64,000 bases of DNA from an uncultured Acidimicrobiia bacterium (GTDB taxonomy: Bacteria; Actinomycetota; Acidimicrobiia; IMCC26256; JAENVU01), in contig CAWIEA010000001.1 in assembly GCA_963835005.1 (NCBI GenBank), positions 70,336-134,335 of the forward strand. The letters run 5' to 3'. This document shows, piece after piece, positions 20,850-31,164 of the stretch. The notes beneath the pieces were generated by a model, which saw nothing but the letters and a program-made list of their open reading frames with translations, did not search any database and was not told where the DNA came from. How positions within the stretch are numbered: the first letter of the stretch is position 1; each line of letters opens with the position of its first letter. The translations under genes and the position numbers were made by a program.

Positions 20850-23040
20850 GTGCGCAATTCCATTCGAACCGGCCTGTTCGTGGCCGCATCCTTCGTCGCG
20901 GTCCTCGCGGCCGAGGGTCACGCGCACGCGGACGACCCCGCGCAGGCGGCGACACCCGCGCCCGACCCGAACGCGGGTGGCGCGACGCCGCCGCCCGACA
21001 CCACGCCGACCCCGCCGCCCGCCACCCCCGGCGGCTCCGTCGACGTCCCCACGACACCGAGCACTCCCCCGGACGCACCGACGACGATCCCGTCGGTGCC
21101 GACGATGCCCGGCGGCTCGATCGACGTCCCGGCGATCCCGACGACGCCGACGCTCCCGGCTGCGACGCCGCCGAGCGGCGACGAGACCGCGACCCCCGGT
21201 GCCGACGGCGGCTGGCCCACGACCACGGGCAACAACACCTCGCAGGACGCGGAGGTCACCACCGGCGGCAGCGCCGTCGCGAACACCGGTGGCAACACCG
21301 GCGTCGCGACCGGACCGGGCCTGCCGGGGATCTACCTCCCCGGCGGCGTGAGCTCCACGATCACGACCGGCAGCGCGACCGGCAACGGCTCGGTCGACAC
21401 GAACGGGATCTCGCAGGAGATCAACGCGACCGTCACCGAGAACGGCAAGGTCGTGGTGGTCCAGGTCGCAGTCATCGTCAACATCGGCATCGGGCTCGCC
21501 GGTTCGGGCGGCAACGTCGCCAACACCGAGAGCGTGACGCCGCCGAAGCTGGTCTCGTCGGTCGCGATGATCGTCGGCAGCGAGGCCGCCGGCGCGGGTA
21601 CCGGACCGACCCCCACCTCGATCATGACCGGCAACGCCAGCTCGACCGGCAACAGCGGGTCGACGCAGGTGACCCAGAGCATCGTGCTGACCGGCAACGA
21701 CGTCGCACAGCAGCTCGCCGCAGTCCTGAACCTCGGCGTCGGCGTCGCGAACTCCGGTCTCAACTTCGCGCTCGCCGCGGTGAGCGGGAACAACCAGGGC
21801 AGCCCGAGCAGCGTCACCTTCGTGACGACCGGGGCTCCGTCCTCCATCACGGCCGGCTCCGCGAGCGCGCTCGGGAACCGGTCGACGAGCGCCGTCTTCC
21901 AGGTCGTGACGGTGAGTGCGTCCGGCAACGGCAGCCTGCTGGTCATCCAGCGTGCCGTCATCGTCAACTTCGGGTTGGCGCTGGCGAACAGCGGGCTCAA
22001 CGTTGCGGGCGGAGGCGCACTCACCGCCGCGTTGCCGGACCCGGCCGCCGCGCAGCAGCTGCTCCTGATGCTCCTCGGCTCGGACAGCACGGCCTCGGGG
22101 ACGGCACTCGCCGGTGGCAGCGGTCCGGTCTCGATCGGGACCGGCAACGCGCAGGCAGTCGGCAACGACACCACCACCGGCATCCTCCAGCAGGTGAACG
22201 GCTCGGTGACCGGCGACGAGACCGCGAAAGCGATCCAGGACGCATGGGTCGGCAACTTCGGCCTCGCGCTCGCCAACACCGGTGCGAACGGTGCGGCCAC
22301 CGGCCTCGCCGGGATCGACCCGGCTTCGCTCGTTGCCGCACGCGGCGCGCTGCAGGCGTTCCTCGCCGGCCTGACCGGCATCGGTGATCCGCTTCAGGGT
22401 CTCGACGCGAGCTTCCAGCTCGGTGGCAACCTCCTGCAGCTCCACGGGGACGTGTCCGGCACCGAGTCGCTTGCTCGGCATCACCGAGCCGGGGACGGAG
22501 GTCGACTCGGACGACGCCGCCGTCGTGGTGCGCCAGGTGACCGCCGTCCTGAACATCGGCCTCGCGATGGGCGAGTCCGGCAACAACGCCGCGGTGGCGA
22601 CCAACGAGGGGACCGACCACACCGTCGTCGGCGGCTCCGGTGCCACCGTGGCGACGACCACGATCACGACCGGCGACGCGACCGCGGTGGGCAGCCACTT
22701 CGCGACCACGGTGTGCCAGACCATCGGCGACGCGCTCGCCTGCGCGGCACCGGACGGCCCCGACGACCCCGGCAACCCGGGCACGACCCCGGCAACCCCG
22801 GCAACCCGCAGCAGCCGACCGACGTGCACGAGGTGCAGACCCCGCCGGTCCCCGAGGCTCCGGCCACGCCCGGTGCGGGTCTCGGCCCCCGGAACGGTGC
22901 CCGCAACCCTCCCGTTCACGGGCTCCCCGATCGGCGCGGAGCTCGCGGCTGGATCCGGACTGCTCATCGCGGGGATGCTGATGGCTCGCCGCCGTCGCAT
23001 CGGAGCCCAGGACATGAGCACGTCGATCGACACCCGATGA
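20850..23040 (+). CDS. large secreted LPXTG-anchored protein with about 6 ANxGxN/IxTGxA repeats (frameshifted)
   Basis: Signal peptide ending AHA; Pro/Thr linker; repeats; C-terminal LPFTG, hydrophobic helix and RRRR; frameshifts near 22470 and 22800-22890. Confidence 0.8.
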
Positions 23041-24076
23041 GCGTTCCCGCCCGCAAGCTGACCCCGCCGGAGCCCACGCCGCCGCCCGCCGACGACTCGA
23101 TCATCGTCACCTGCGGCGCGTGCAACAGCCGCCAGCAGGCGTCGGGCACCGCGTCGGGCTTCACCTGCTCCGATGTGCGGCTCCGAGTGGCGGGTGCTGC
23201 GCTGCCGTGACTGCCGGTCGGCGTCCATCGTGCTCGCGGGTGTGCGCACCTGCCCGCGCTGCGGTCACCAGCACCGCGGTCCGAGGCGGTTCGGTGCCGA
23301 CCCGACGCGGCGTCGTGGCTCACCGATCCCGAGCCGCTCAGCGTCTGGCTCGGCGGCGTGAAGTACCTCGGCGGCCACGCCGGGCACGACGGCACGGTGC
23401 CGTCCGCGGCCTGCTGCTCGACCGGCGCGGCATCCACCTGCGCGCGTTCAAGGAGCTCCTCTCGATCCGGATGGGACTACGTCATCGGCGTCGACATCGA
23501 GGGCCCGCTCGACATCGCGGACCGACTCTCGATGTCGAAGCTGCTCGAGCTCGGCGCGTCGACGTGGGCGATGCAGCGTCGCGTACCTGACCGTGCGCAC
23601 GACGAACGGCGACGCGATCTTCGAGATCGACGGGCTGGCACCACCCGAGCTGCACGCGCGCCTCTCCCGCGTCCTGCAGGGCCTCCGCAAGGCCGAGCCC
23701 GAGCGGCCCGCGATCGGCATCGAGCGGCCGGCCCCGGTCGTCGATCTCCGCGAGGAGCGACGCGCCCGCGCCGCGTCCGGCCCGCGAGCCGGTCCCGCGC
23801 CCGAGGCCGTCCGCACCCCGGAGCCGGCGCACGAGCCGACCTCGAACCCGCGCCCCGGCCCCCGCGGCGGAGCCCTCGACGCTGGCACGCTGGACCCTCA
23901 GCGCACCGAGGCGCCGGTCGAGGCGATCGTCATCGACGCGCTGTGGAAGCTCGCGCAGCTCGCACGACCGCGGCCTGGTGAGCGACGACGAGCACGCGGT
24001 CCTGCGGACGGGCCTGATGGCCCGGCTCACCGAGGGTGCCGACGACCACGGTCGCGCGCCGCTCCTCCGCGTCTGA
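23037..24076 (+). CDS. hypothetical protein with CxxC zinc-ribbon N-terminus and SHOCT-like C-terminus (frameshifted)
   Basis: CGAC, CSDC, CRDC, CPRC; YLGGH; ALWKLAQLRDRGLVSDDE reconstructed across frames; ATGA overlap with the upstream gene. Confidence 0.6.
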
Positions 24077-24079
24077 GGC

Positions 24080-26377
24080 TCAGCGGCCGCCGGGCTTGAT
24101 CGGGCCCTTCGGGACGGTCAGGTTCAGGATCGCGTCGAACGCCTGCCTGCTCGGTCGTCGCGGGCCGCGTTCCAGAGCAGAGCCGGTCCGGGTCGGCGCC
24201 GTCGCCGGCACCGCGATGCGGTAGCCGGCGTGTCCGCTGACCGGGCGCGAGCGTGACGTCGAGCCGGACGATCGGGTCCGCCTTGACGACGACCGGGTTC
24301 GCGCCCTCGAAGCTGGACCTGGCTGACGTTCGCGGCGAGCTGCTTCGGGATGACCTCGATGACCTGGTCGGTCTTCGTCTGGTCGGTCGGGTTGCTGATG
24401 TCGACGAGTCGCGACGAGCTCGTTGCCCTCGTCGCCGTCAGCTGCCACGTGCGCGCGACGACGATCCCCGACGGCATCAGCACCGTCGGGAGCTTCATCG
24501 GCTCGAGCGCAGGCACGGCGACGTCGTCGGCGACGTGGGTCGGGATCGACTGCGCGGGCGTGGTCGGCGTCCCGGCGTTCTTGGCCCGTCGAGGATCACG
24601 CAGGACGAGCACCACGAGCGACACCAGCGCGAACGAGCGCGCCGAGCCCGAAGCGCACGAGCCGGCCGCGACGGCGCGACGCCTCGTCGGGCTCTCCCTC
24701 GATCAGGAGCGGCTCGGTCGTGATCAGCGGCGGCTCGACCCTCCGGTGCGCCTCACCCGGCGTCGAGCCGTGCCGGACTCCGGCGGGCTCGGTCACGCTC
24801 GTCGGGCTCGGCTCGGGCTCGGGCTCCGGCTCCGGCTCGGACGACGGGCTCGGGCCGAGCGCGGCTGCGGCCGGCGGCGTCGACGGCGTCGACGGTCCTG
24901 GAGCGGGCGCCCACGGCCGCACGACCGGCGGTGGCGTCGGTGCGCACCTCGATCCCGGGCTCGTGCGGCTCGGGCGGGACCAGCGGGTCGAGATGGTGGG
25001 CCGGCGCGGCGTCGCCGACCTCGGCGCTGCGACGGCGGCACGATCGTCCCGGCCAGCGCGGTCGGCACCGGGCCCGGTGCGCGGGCCGGGCTCGGGCTGC
25101 TGGTTCCGGGACCGGGGTCGGGTCCGGAAGGGGCGGGACCGGTGCAGGCTCGGGCGGGACCGGGCTCGGTGCCGGCTCGGGCGGGACGGCGCGGTGCGGG
25201 CTCCGGCTCGGGCGGTGCGGGCTCCGGTGCGGGCGGAGGCGGCACGGGTGCGGGCTCGGGTTCGGGGGGAGGCCGGGTCGGGGCCGGGCTCCGGAATCCG
25301 GCGCGGGCTCGGGCTCCGGCGGCGCGGGGCGGACCCGGTCGGGCACCGGCTCCTTCCCGGCCGCGCGGCGGCGGCGGTCGAGGGCGACGCCCAGGCGGGG
25401 AGGTCGGCGCGGCGGCGCCGGCGGTGCCGGTCGGGCGCCGGAACTCGGGCCTCGGGCTCGGGCATCGGGTGGCGGTCCGGTGGGACGACCGGGGTCGAAT
25501 GGATCACGGGCCGGGGCGGGGACGAACGGCGGCACCGTCGCGGCGGATCGGGCGCGCCGGGATCGAGCGCGGCGCGGAGCCGGTCGCCGAGCGCGACCGC
25601 GGAATCCGGCCGCTGCTCAGGCGGCTTCGCCATCGCGTCCTCGACGACGCGCACACGGCGTCGGGCACCCCCCGGCGGCGGAGATCCGGGACCGGCGCCT
25701 TGGCGATGCGGCCGAGCACCGCGTTCATCCCCTCGTCGGAGCCGGCCGGGAACGCAGGGTGCGCCCGAGAGCATCGTGAACAGCGTCGAGCCGAGCGAGT
25801 ACACGTCGGATGCGTCCGACGGGCGCCGACCCTCGACCACCTCGGGTGCGGAGTGCAGGAGGCTGACCGACGCCGGGCGCGCCTCCACGACGTCGAGCAG
25901 GCGGGAAAGGCCGAGATCCGCGAGGCACGGCTCCCCCGACGACGCGATGAGCACGTTCTCGGGGCGGATGTCGCGGTGCTGGATGCCTGCCGCGTGCGCG
26001 ACCGCGAGCGCGTCCGCGAGCTTGGCGACGATCGTCACCGCCTCGGACCACGGCACCCGACCGTCCCGCTCGATGCGGTCGGCGAGCGAGCCGTTCGGCA
26101 TGTAGTCCATGGTCAGGTACGGCTGGTCGACGGTCGTGAAGCCGGCGGCGAGCAGCGACACGAGGTTCGGCTGGGTCGACACCGCCCGCAGCAGCTCGCA
26201 CTCCCGGGCGTAGCGGCGGCGGAGCGCGGCCTCGGGCCGCGCCGGCAGCAGGCGCACCGCGATCGGTGCGGCCGCGATCGACCTCGAGCGCCCGGAAGAC
26301 CGACGCCGAAGCCTCCGGCGCCGATCTCGACCCCGTCGTCGAGTCCCGTCGATCCCGAGATCGACCCCGTCCTGCAC
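24080..26377 (-). CDS. Hanks-type Ser/Thr protein kinase with Pro-rich linker, TM helix and extracellular domain (frameshifted)
   Basis: IGAGGFG, YLTMDYMPNGSL, HRDIRPENVL, DLG, APE, SDVYSLG. Confidence 0.85.
24780..25460 (-). repeat. low-complexity (PE/PA)n coding repeats in the kinase linker
   Basis: Tandem ggctcgggc and ggctccgg units encoding PEPEP/PEPAP. Confidence 0.7.
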
Positions 26378-26534
26378 TGCCACGATCCGGTCGCTCCCTG
26401 GTGACAGCAGGCCGATCGGACCGTGGGCTCCTGGGCCGCGCCCGTCGTGGTCCGTCCGCCGCGGTCGGTCACTCAGCGTAGACGGCGGGTGTTCGGGTTC
26501 CCGTGCGTGCGCACGGCCCGCCGACCGCGAGGAC

Positions 26535-27227
26535 TCAGTCGAGCTGCTCGTGGAGGAAGTCGACCGTCCGAGCCCACGCCTCCTGGGCCGACGGCTCGTC
26601 GAAGTTCCCGAGCGGGTCCTCCTCGTTGCAGAAGGCATGGCCCATTCCGGGGTAGAGGATGAACGTCACGTCCTTCCCCATGTCCTCGAGCTCGCGGCCG
26701 AGCGCCATCGTCGCGTCGCTCGGGAAGAAGCCGTCGTTCTCGGCGAAGTGGCCGAGCACCGGGGCGGTGAGGCCCTCCCAGTCCGGCGGGTCCTCGCCGA
26801 TCGGCGCGCCGTAGTACGGGACCGCGGCGCCGATCTTGTCCCCTTGAAGTGCCGCGACCACGAGGGTGAGCATCCCTCCCATGCAGAAGCCGACCACCCC
26901 GACCGTGTCACCCGCGACCGCGTCGTGGTCGAGGAGGTAGTCGACCGCGGCACCCATGTCCCGGGCCACGCGGTCCATCGGCATCGCGTTCATGAGCTCG
27001 GCGGCCCGGTCCATCTCGGTGTGCTCGGCGATCTCGCCGTGGTACAGGTCCGGCGCGAGGGCCACGAAGCCGACGTCCGCGAGCCGGTCGCAGACCCGCT
27101 TGATCTGCGGGACGAGACCCCACCACTCCTGGAGGACGAGCACGCCCGGCGCGGGCGTCGTCTCGGGCACGGCGAGGTAGCCGGCTGCGCTTCCACCGTT
27201 GCTCGGGAACTCGACGGTCTCACCCAT
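26535..27227 (-). CDS. dienelactone hydrolase family protein
   Basis: QEWWGL, GFCMGG, YPGMGHAF. Confidence 0.92.
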   Translation of the reverse strand: MGETVEFPSNGGSAAGYLAVPETTPAPGVLVLQEWWGLVPQIKRVCDRLADVGFVALAPDLYHGEIAEHTEMDRAAELMNAMPMDRVARDMGAAVDYLLDHDAVAGDTVGVVGFCMGGMLTLVVAALQGDKIGAAVPYYGAPIGEDPPDWEGLTAPVLGHFAENDGFFPSDATMALGRELEDMGKDVTFILYPGMGHAFCNEEDPLGNFDEPSAQEAWARTVDFLHEQLD

Positions 27228-27229
27228 CC

Positions 27230-27305
27230 TGGAGCGGACGACCGGGATCGAACCGGCGACCTCAACCTTGGCAAGGTTGCGCTCTACCAACTGAGCCACG
27301 TCCGC
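27230..27305 (-). tRNA. tRNA-Gly(GCC)
   Basis: GCGGACGTGGCTCAGTTGGTAGAGCG-CAACC-TTGCCAA-GGTTG-AGGTCGCCGGTTCGATCCCGGTCGTCCGCTCCA. Confidence 0.97.
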
Positions 27306-27368
27306 GTGAGCCTTCGACAGTAGCAGGGGCACCGCGCCGGTCAGGCGTTGCGCTCTAACCTCCGGCTC

Positions 27369-28265
27369 ATGCGAATCGGGATCTTCGGCGGCGAGCCGGC
27401 AAGCATCGACGCGGCCGTCAGCGGCGCGCGCGAGGCGGCCGAGCAGGGCTTCAGCGGGTACTGGGTCTCCCAGATCTTCGGCTTCGACAACCTGACGGTG
27501 CTCGGCATCGTCGGTCGCGAAGTTCCGGGCATCGGGCTCGGCACGGGCGTGGTCCCCACCTACCCGCGCCACCCGATGATGCTCGCCCAGCAGGCGCTCA
27601 CGGTGCAGGCCGCGTCGGGAGGACGCCTGACCCTCGGCATCGGGCTCTCGCACCAGATGGTGATCGAGAACATGTTCGGTCTCTCGTTCGAGAAGCCGGT
27701 GCGGCACATGCGCGAGTACCTGTCGGTGCTCATGCCCCTGATCCGGGACGGGGCGGTCGCGTTCGACGGCGAGACGTTCCGGGTCAACGCATCGATCGAG
27801 GTGCCCGGTTCGGCGCCGTGCTCCGTCCTCGTCGCCGCGCTGGGCGAGAAGATGCTCGAGGTCGCGGGCACCCTGGCCGACGGCACCATGACGTGGATGA
27901 CGGGCCCCGACACGATCGCGTCGCACACCGTCCCGACGATCACGAAGGTCACCCAGGACGCGGGCCGGCCCGCGCCGCGGATCGCGGTGGGCATGCCGGT
28001 GTGCGTCACCGACGACGTCGACGCCGCGCGCGCCCGGGCGGCCGAGGTGTTCCAGGTCTACGGCTTCCTCCCCTCGTACCGGGCGATGCTCGACCGCGAA
28101 GGAGCGGCCGGACCGGCCGACATCGCGATCGTCGGCTCGGAGGACGAGGTGCGGGCCGGCATCCGAGCGGTCGAGGACGCGGGCGCGACCGACTTCGCCG
28201 CGGTGGAGTTCGGTGCCGGCGCCGATCGGACGCGGACGCGGGAGCTGCTCCGCTCGCTCCTGTGA
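27369..28265 (+). CDS. F420-dependent LLM-class oxidoreductase
   Basis: GTGVVPTYPRHP, LGIGLSH, VAALG, LPSYRAMLDREG. Confidence 0.88.
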   Translation: MRIGIFGGEPASIDAAVSGAREAAEQGFSGYWVSQIFGFDNLTVLGIVGREVPGIGLGTGVVPTYPRHPMMLAQQALTVQAASGGRLTLGIGLSHQMVIENMFGLSFEKPVRHMREYLSVLMPLIRDGAVAFDGETFRVNASIEVPGSAPCSVLVAALGEKMLEVAGTLADGTMTWMTGPDTIASHTVPTITKVTQDAGRPAPRIAVGMPVCVTDDVDAARARAAEVFQVYGFLPSYRAMLDREGAAGPADIAIVGSEDEVRAGIRAVEDAGATDFAAVEFGAGADRTRTRELLRSLL

Positions 28266-28943
28266 GCGACGACCGGTCCCGCTCACCGCTCGAGCTGCTC
28301 GAGGCGCTCGCGACCGAGGACGTCGAGGTCGCGTCCAACCTCCACCACCTCGAGATCTACACGCTCAAGGGTCTGCTCACGATCCTGTGGCACGGCGACC
28401 CGCAGGCCGAGCAGGTCGTGGTCATGAGTGGCGGTGGGATGGGCGGTCTGCTCGGTCCCGCGCACGGGCTGTACCACGACCTCGGCGAGCGCTTCGCCGA
28501 GCAGGGCATCGGGACGATGCGCGTCGGGTACCGCAAGCCGAACGACCTCCCTCGTTGCGTCGTGGACGTCGCCGCCGCCGCGGACCTCGCGGTCCGCACC
28601 GGCGCGCGGCGCGTCGTGACGATGGGGCACTCGTTCGGCGGCGCGGTCGCGGTGCAGCTCGGGATCGTCCTCGGCGACCACTGCGCGGGCGTCGTCACGC
28701 TCTCGACCCAGTCGGCGGGCTGCGAGGACGGCGCCGCGCTCGGCGAGACTCCCCTGCTCCTGCTGCACGGCGACCGCGACGAGATCCTCCCGCCGGACAC
28801 CAGCGCGGTCGTGCGAGCGCTCGTCGGTCACGGCGAGCTCGTGATCCTGCCCGGCGCCGGGCACCTCCTCACCGAGGCGAGCGACGAGCTGCGCGACGGT
28901 CCTCGGCGACTGGATCCCCGAGCACCTCGCCACCCCCACCTGA
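28262..28943 (+). CDS. alpha/beta hydrolase
   Basis: GHSFGG, LLHGDRD, GAGH; frameshift near the 3' end. Confidence 0.85.
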
Positions 28944-29014
28944 CGTTCCACCGTTCTGGCGTCACACGGCGCGCACTGTGCGCGCGGGTTGACGCCAAAT
29001 CCGTGGCGTGCCGG

Positions 29015-31150
29015 TCAGTCGGGGAGCTGGGGGACGGCCGCGAGGGCCTCGTCGGCGAGCTCGGCGACGTCGACGAGCAGGTCGCGAACGAGTGCGGCAT
29101 CGACTGCGGCCGCGAGGACTCCGTCGGGGCCTTCGTGCGCGTGGCTCGTGAGGCACTCCGCGATCGGTGCCCGGGTCTTCACCGCGAGGTCGTCGACATC
29201 GACCGGCGTACCGCCGACGGCGCCGTCGAGCTCGGCGGCAGTCGCGTCGAGGGCGCGCGCCACGTCCTGCACGACGAGGCCGAACGCAGTGCGGGTCGGG
29301 CCGCACTCCCGCAGCCCCGCGTAGTCCCGGTGTCGCGGCAGCATGTCGAGTGAGAAGCGCACCTGCGAGGCGTCCGCAAGGAGCGTGACCCACGGGGCCC
29401 GGTCGGCCGGCCGGCGTGCCGTCTCGGAGAGGTACTGCACGTAGCCCGCGTGGGCGCGCAGCACGACCGGCCCCACCAGGTCCGGCGCGTCGACGTCCGC
29501 AATCCGCTCGGGCAGCTCCGTCGCGAGGCTCCGGTACAGCTCGGCCACGTTCTTCCGCAGCCCGACCGACGCCCGCCGGGGCCAGAACATCAGGGCGACG
29601 GCCGCGCTCACCGCCGACCCGATCAGGATGTTCTCCAGCCGGACGAGGCCCGTGTGCCAACCCTGCGGCTCGATGAGGTTGAACATCGCGACGACGGCGA
29701 TCGTGAAGCTCACCTGGCCCGCGACGAAGCCCACCACCTGGGGCGTGTACGCGGACAGGAAGAAGCCGACGACGACGATGATCCAGAGCCCGACGTGGTC
29801 GAAGCCCACGACGGCGAGGAGCGCCGCCGAGACCGCGAACCCGATCGCGGTTCCGAAGGATGCGAACACGGCCGAGCGACCGGTCTCGAACGCGTTCGAC
29901 CGGAGCACCGAGAGCGTGCCGAGGACCACCCAGAAGCCATGGTCGAGCTTCAGCTCACCCGCGATGAACAGGGCGGCACCGATCGCGATGCCGGCGCGCA
30001 CCGCGTCCTGCGCGAACGCGGAGGTCGGCACCGCGTTCGCACGCAGCATCCGCCGCAGGCGCGTCATCGTGCCCTCGTCACCGGCCGTCAGCGGGAGCCG
30101 CGCGGGGACGCTGACGGAGTCGTTCGACGGCGCGCGCCCCCCGACGACGATCGAAGCGTTCGCGAGCGCCGACGCAGAGAGGAGCAGCACGACGCGCTCG
30201 GTCGTCAGGTTGTCGATGCGGTCGATCACGGCGTCGGCGGGTTCCCCCTTGCCGATGGACCGGACCGCGTGGTGCACGACGCCGATGCGGGCCTCGAAGC
30301 ACGTCGCGATCTCCTGGTCGAGGTCGTCCGGCGGCGTCGCCGTGGCGAGGACGTGCTCGACGGACCGCAGCGTCTTCGCGGCGAGCGGCGCGAGACCGAG
30401 GGCGTCCGCCGGCACCTCGAGGTGACGCCGGGTCCGGATCAGCACCCCGATGCGTTCCAGCTGGTCCACGAGGAACGCCAGCGCCGCGTCGTGCGCGCTC
30501 GGCCCCGCCGGTCGTTGAGGCACCGACGCCGCGTCGATCAGCGCGTTCAGGGCTCGCTCGGTGGCGTCCTGCGTCGACTGGCTCACCCCGGACGCCGATG
30601 GCAGCGCCTCCATGTGGTCTGCACACGCGGCGGCCGCGACCCGCGCCGCGTCGCGGAGCTGCAGGCGCTCGCGCCGGGGCCAGAGGACCAGTGCCGCCAC
30701 CGTCGAGATGAGCCCGGCGACCACCCAACCGAGCACGCGGTCCGGGACCGCGTCGGCGGGCGCGGGCACGCTCGCCGACAGCACGAACGCGAGGATGATC
30801 GGGCTGACGGCCGCGTTGAAGTAGCCGCCGAACGAGCCGACGAAGCGCGTGGACGCGGCGACGACCACCCCGACCAGCGCGACGATCAGCGCCTCGTTGC
30901 TGATGACCGTGCCGACGGCGACGAGCGCCGCGCCCACGACCGTCAACGTCAGGTAGGCGTTCGTGCGGTGGCGTGGCGCACCGCCGAAGTCCGCGAAGCC
31001 AAGGAACGCGAACGCACCGAAGCCCGCGAAGAGCGCAGCCTCCGAGTTGTCGACGCCGTTGAGGAAGAACGCGAAGACCAGGGGCATCACGAGGGCGACG
31101 CGCGCGCCACGCCGGAGCGACTGCAACCCGGGATCGGTCAGATGAGGGAT
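29015..31150 (-). CDS. FUSC-family (aromatic acid exporter-like) membrane protein
   Basis: Two TM blocks; HGFWVVLGTLSVLRS; RLENILIG; start approximate. Confidence 0.85.
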   Translation of the reverse strand: MPHLTDPGLQSLRRGARVALVMPLVFAFFLNGVDNSEAALFAGFGAFAFLGFADFGGAPRHRTNAYLTLTVVGAALVAVGTVISNEALIVALVGVVVAASTRFVGSFGGYFNAAVSPIILAFVLSASVPAPADAVPDRVLGWVVAGLISTVAALVLWPRRERLQLRDAARVAAAACADHMEALPSASGVSQSTQDATERALNALIDAASVPQRPAGPSAHDAALAFLVDQLERIGVLIRTRRHLEVPADALGLAPLAAKTLRSVEHVLATATPPDDLDQEIATCFEARIGVVHHAVRSIGKGEPADAVIDRIDNLTTERVVLLLSASALANASIVVGGRAPSNDSVSVPARLPLTAGDEGTMTRLRRMLRANAVPTSAFAQDAVRAGIAIGAALFIAGELKLDHGFWVVLGTLSVLRSNAFETGRSAVFASFGTAIGFAVSAALLAVVGFDHVGLWIIVVVGFFLSAYTPQVVGFVAGQVSFTIAVVAMFNLIEPQGWHTGLVRLENILIGSAVSAAVALMFWPRRASVGLRKNVAELYRSLATELPERIADVDAPDLVGPVVLRAHAGYVQYLSETARRPADRAPWVTLLADASQVRFSLDMLPRHRDYAGLRECGPTRTAFGLVVQDVARALDATAAELDGAVGGTPVDVDDLAVKTRAPIAECLTSHAHEGPDGVLAAAVDAALVRDLLVDVAELADEALAAVPQLPD

Positions 31151-31164
31151 GGCGACCCTCCGAG

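Noticed and set aside
18233-23249. Long antisense ORFs (876 and 838 aa), and similar ones elsewhere
   Set aside because: Shadow ORFs expected opposite real genes in high-GC DNA; Arg/Ala/Gly-rich with no motifs
24780-25460. G-rich tandem repeats as a non-coding repeat element
   Set aside because: Explained by the Pro/Glu-rich linker of the Ser/Thr kinase on the minus strand
26535-28286. 583-aa ORF spanning tRNA-Gly
   Set aside because: The N-terminal extension is antisense to the LLM gene and runs through the tRNA; hydrolase homology starts at 27227
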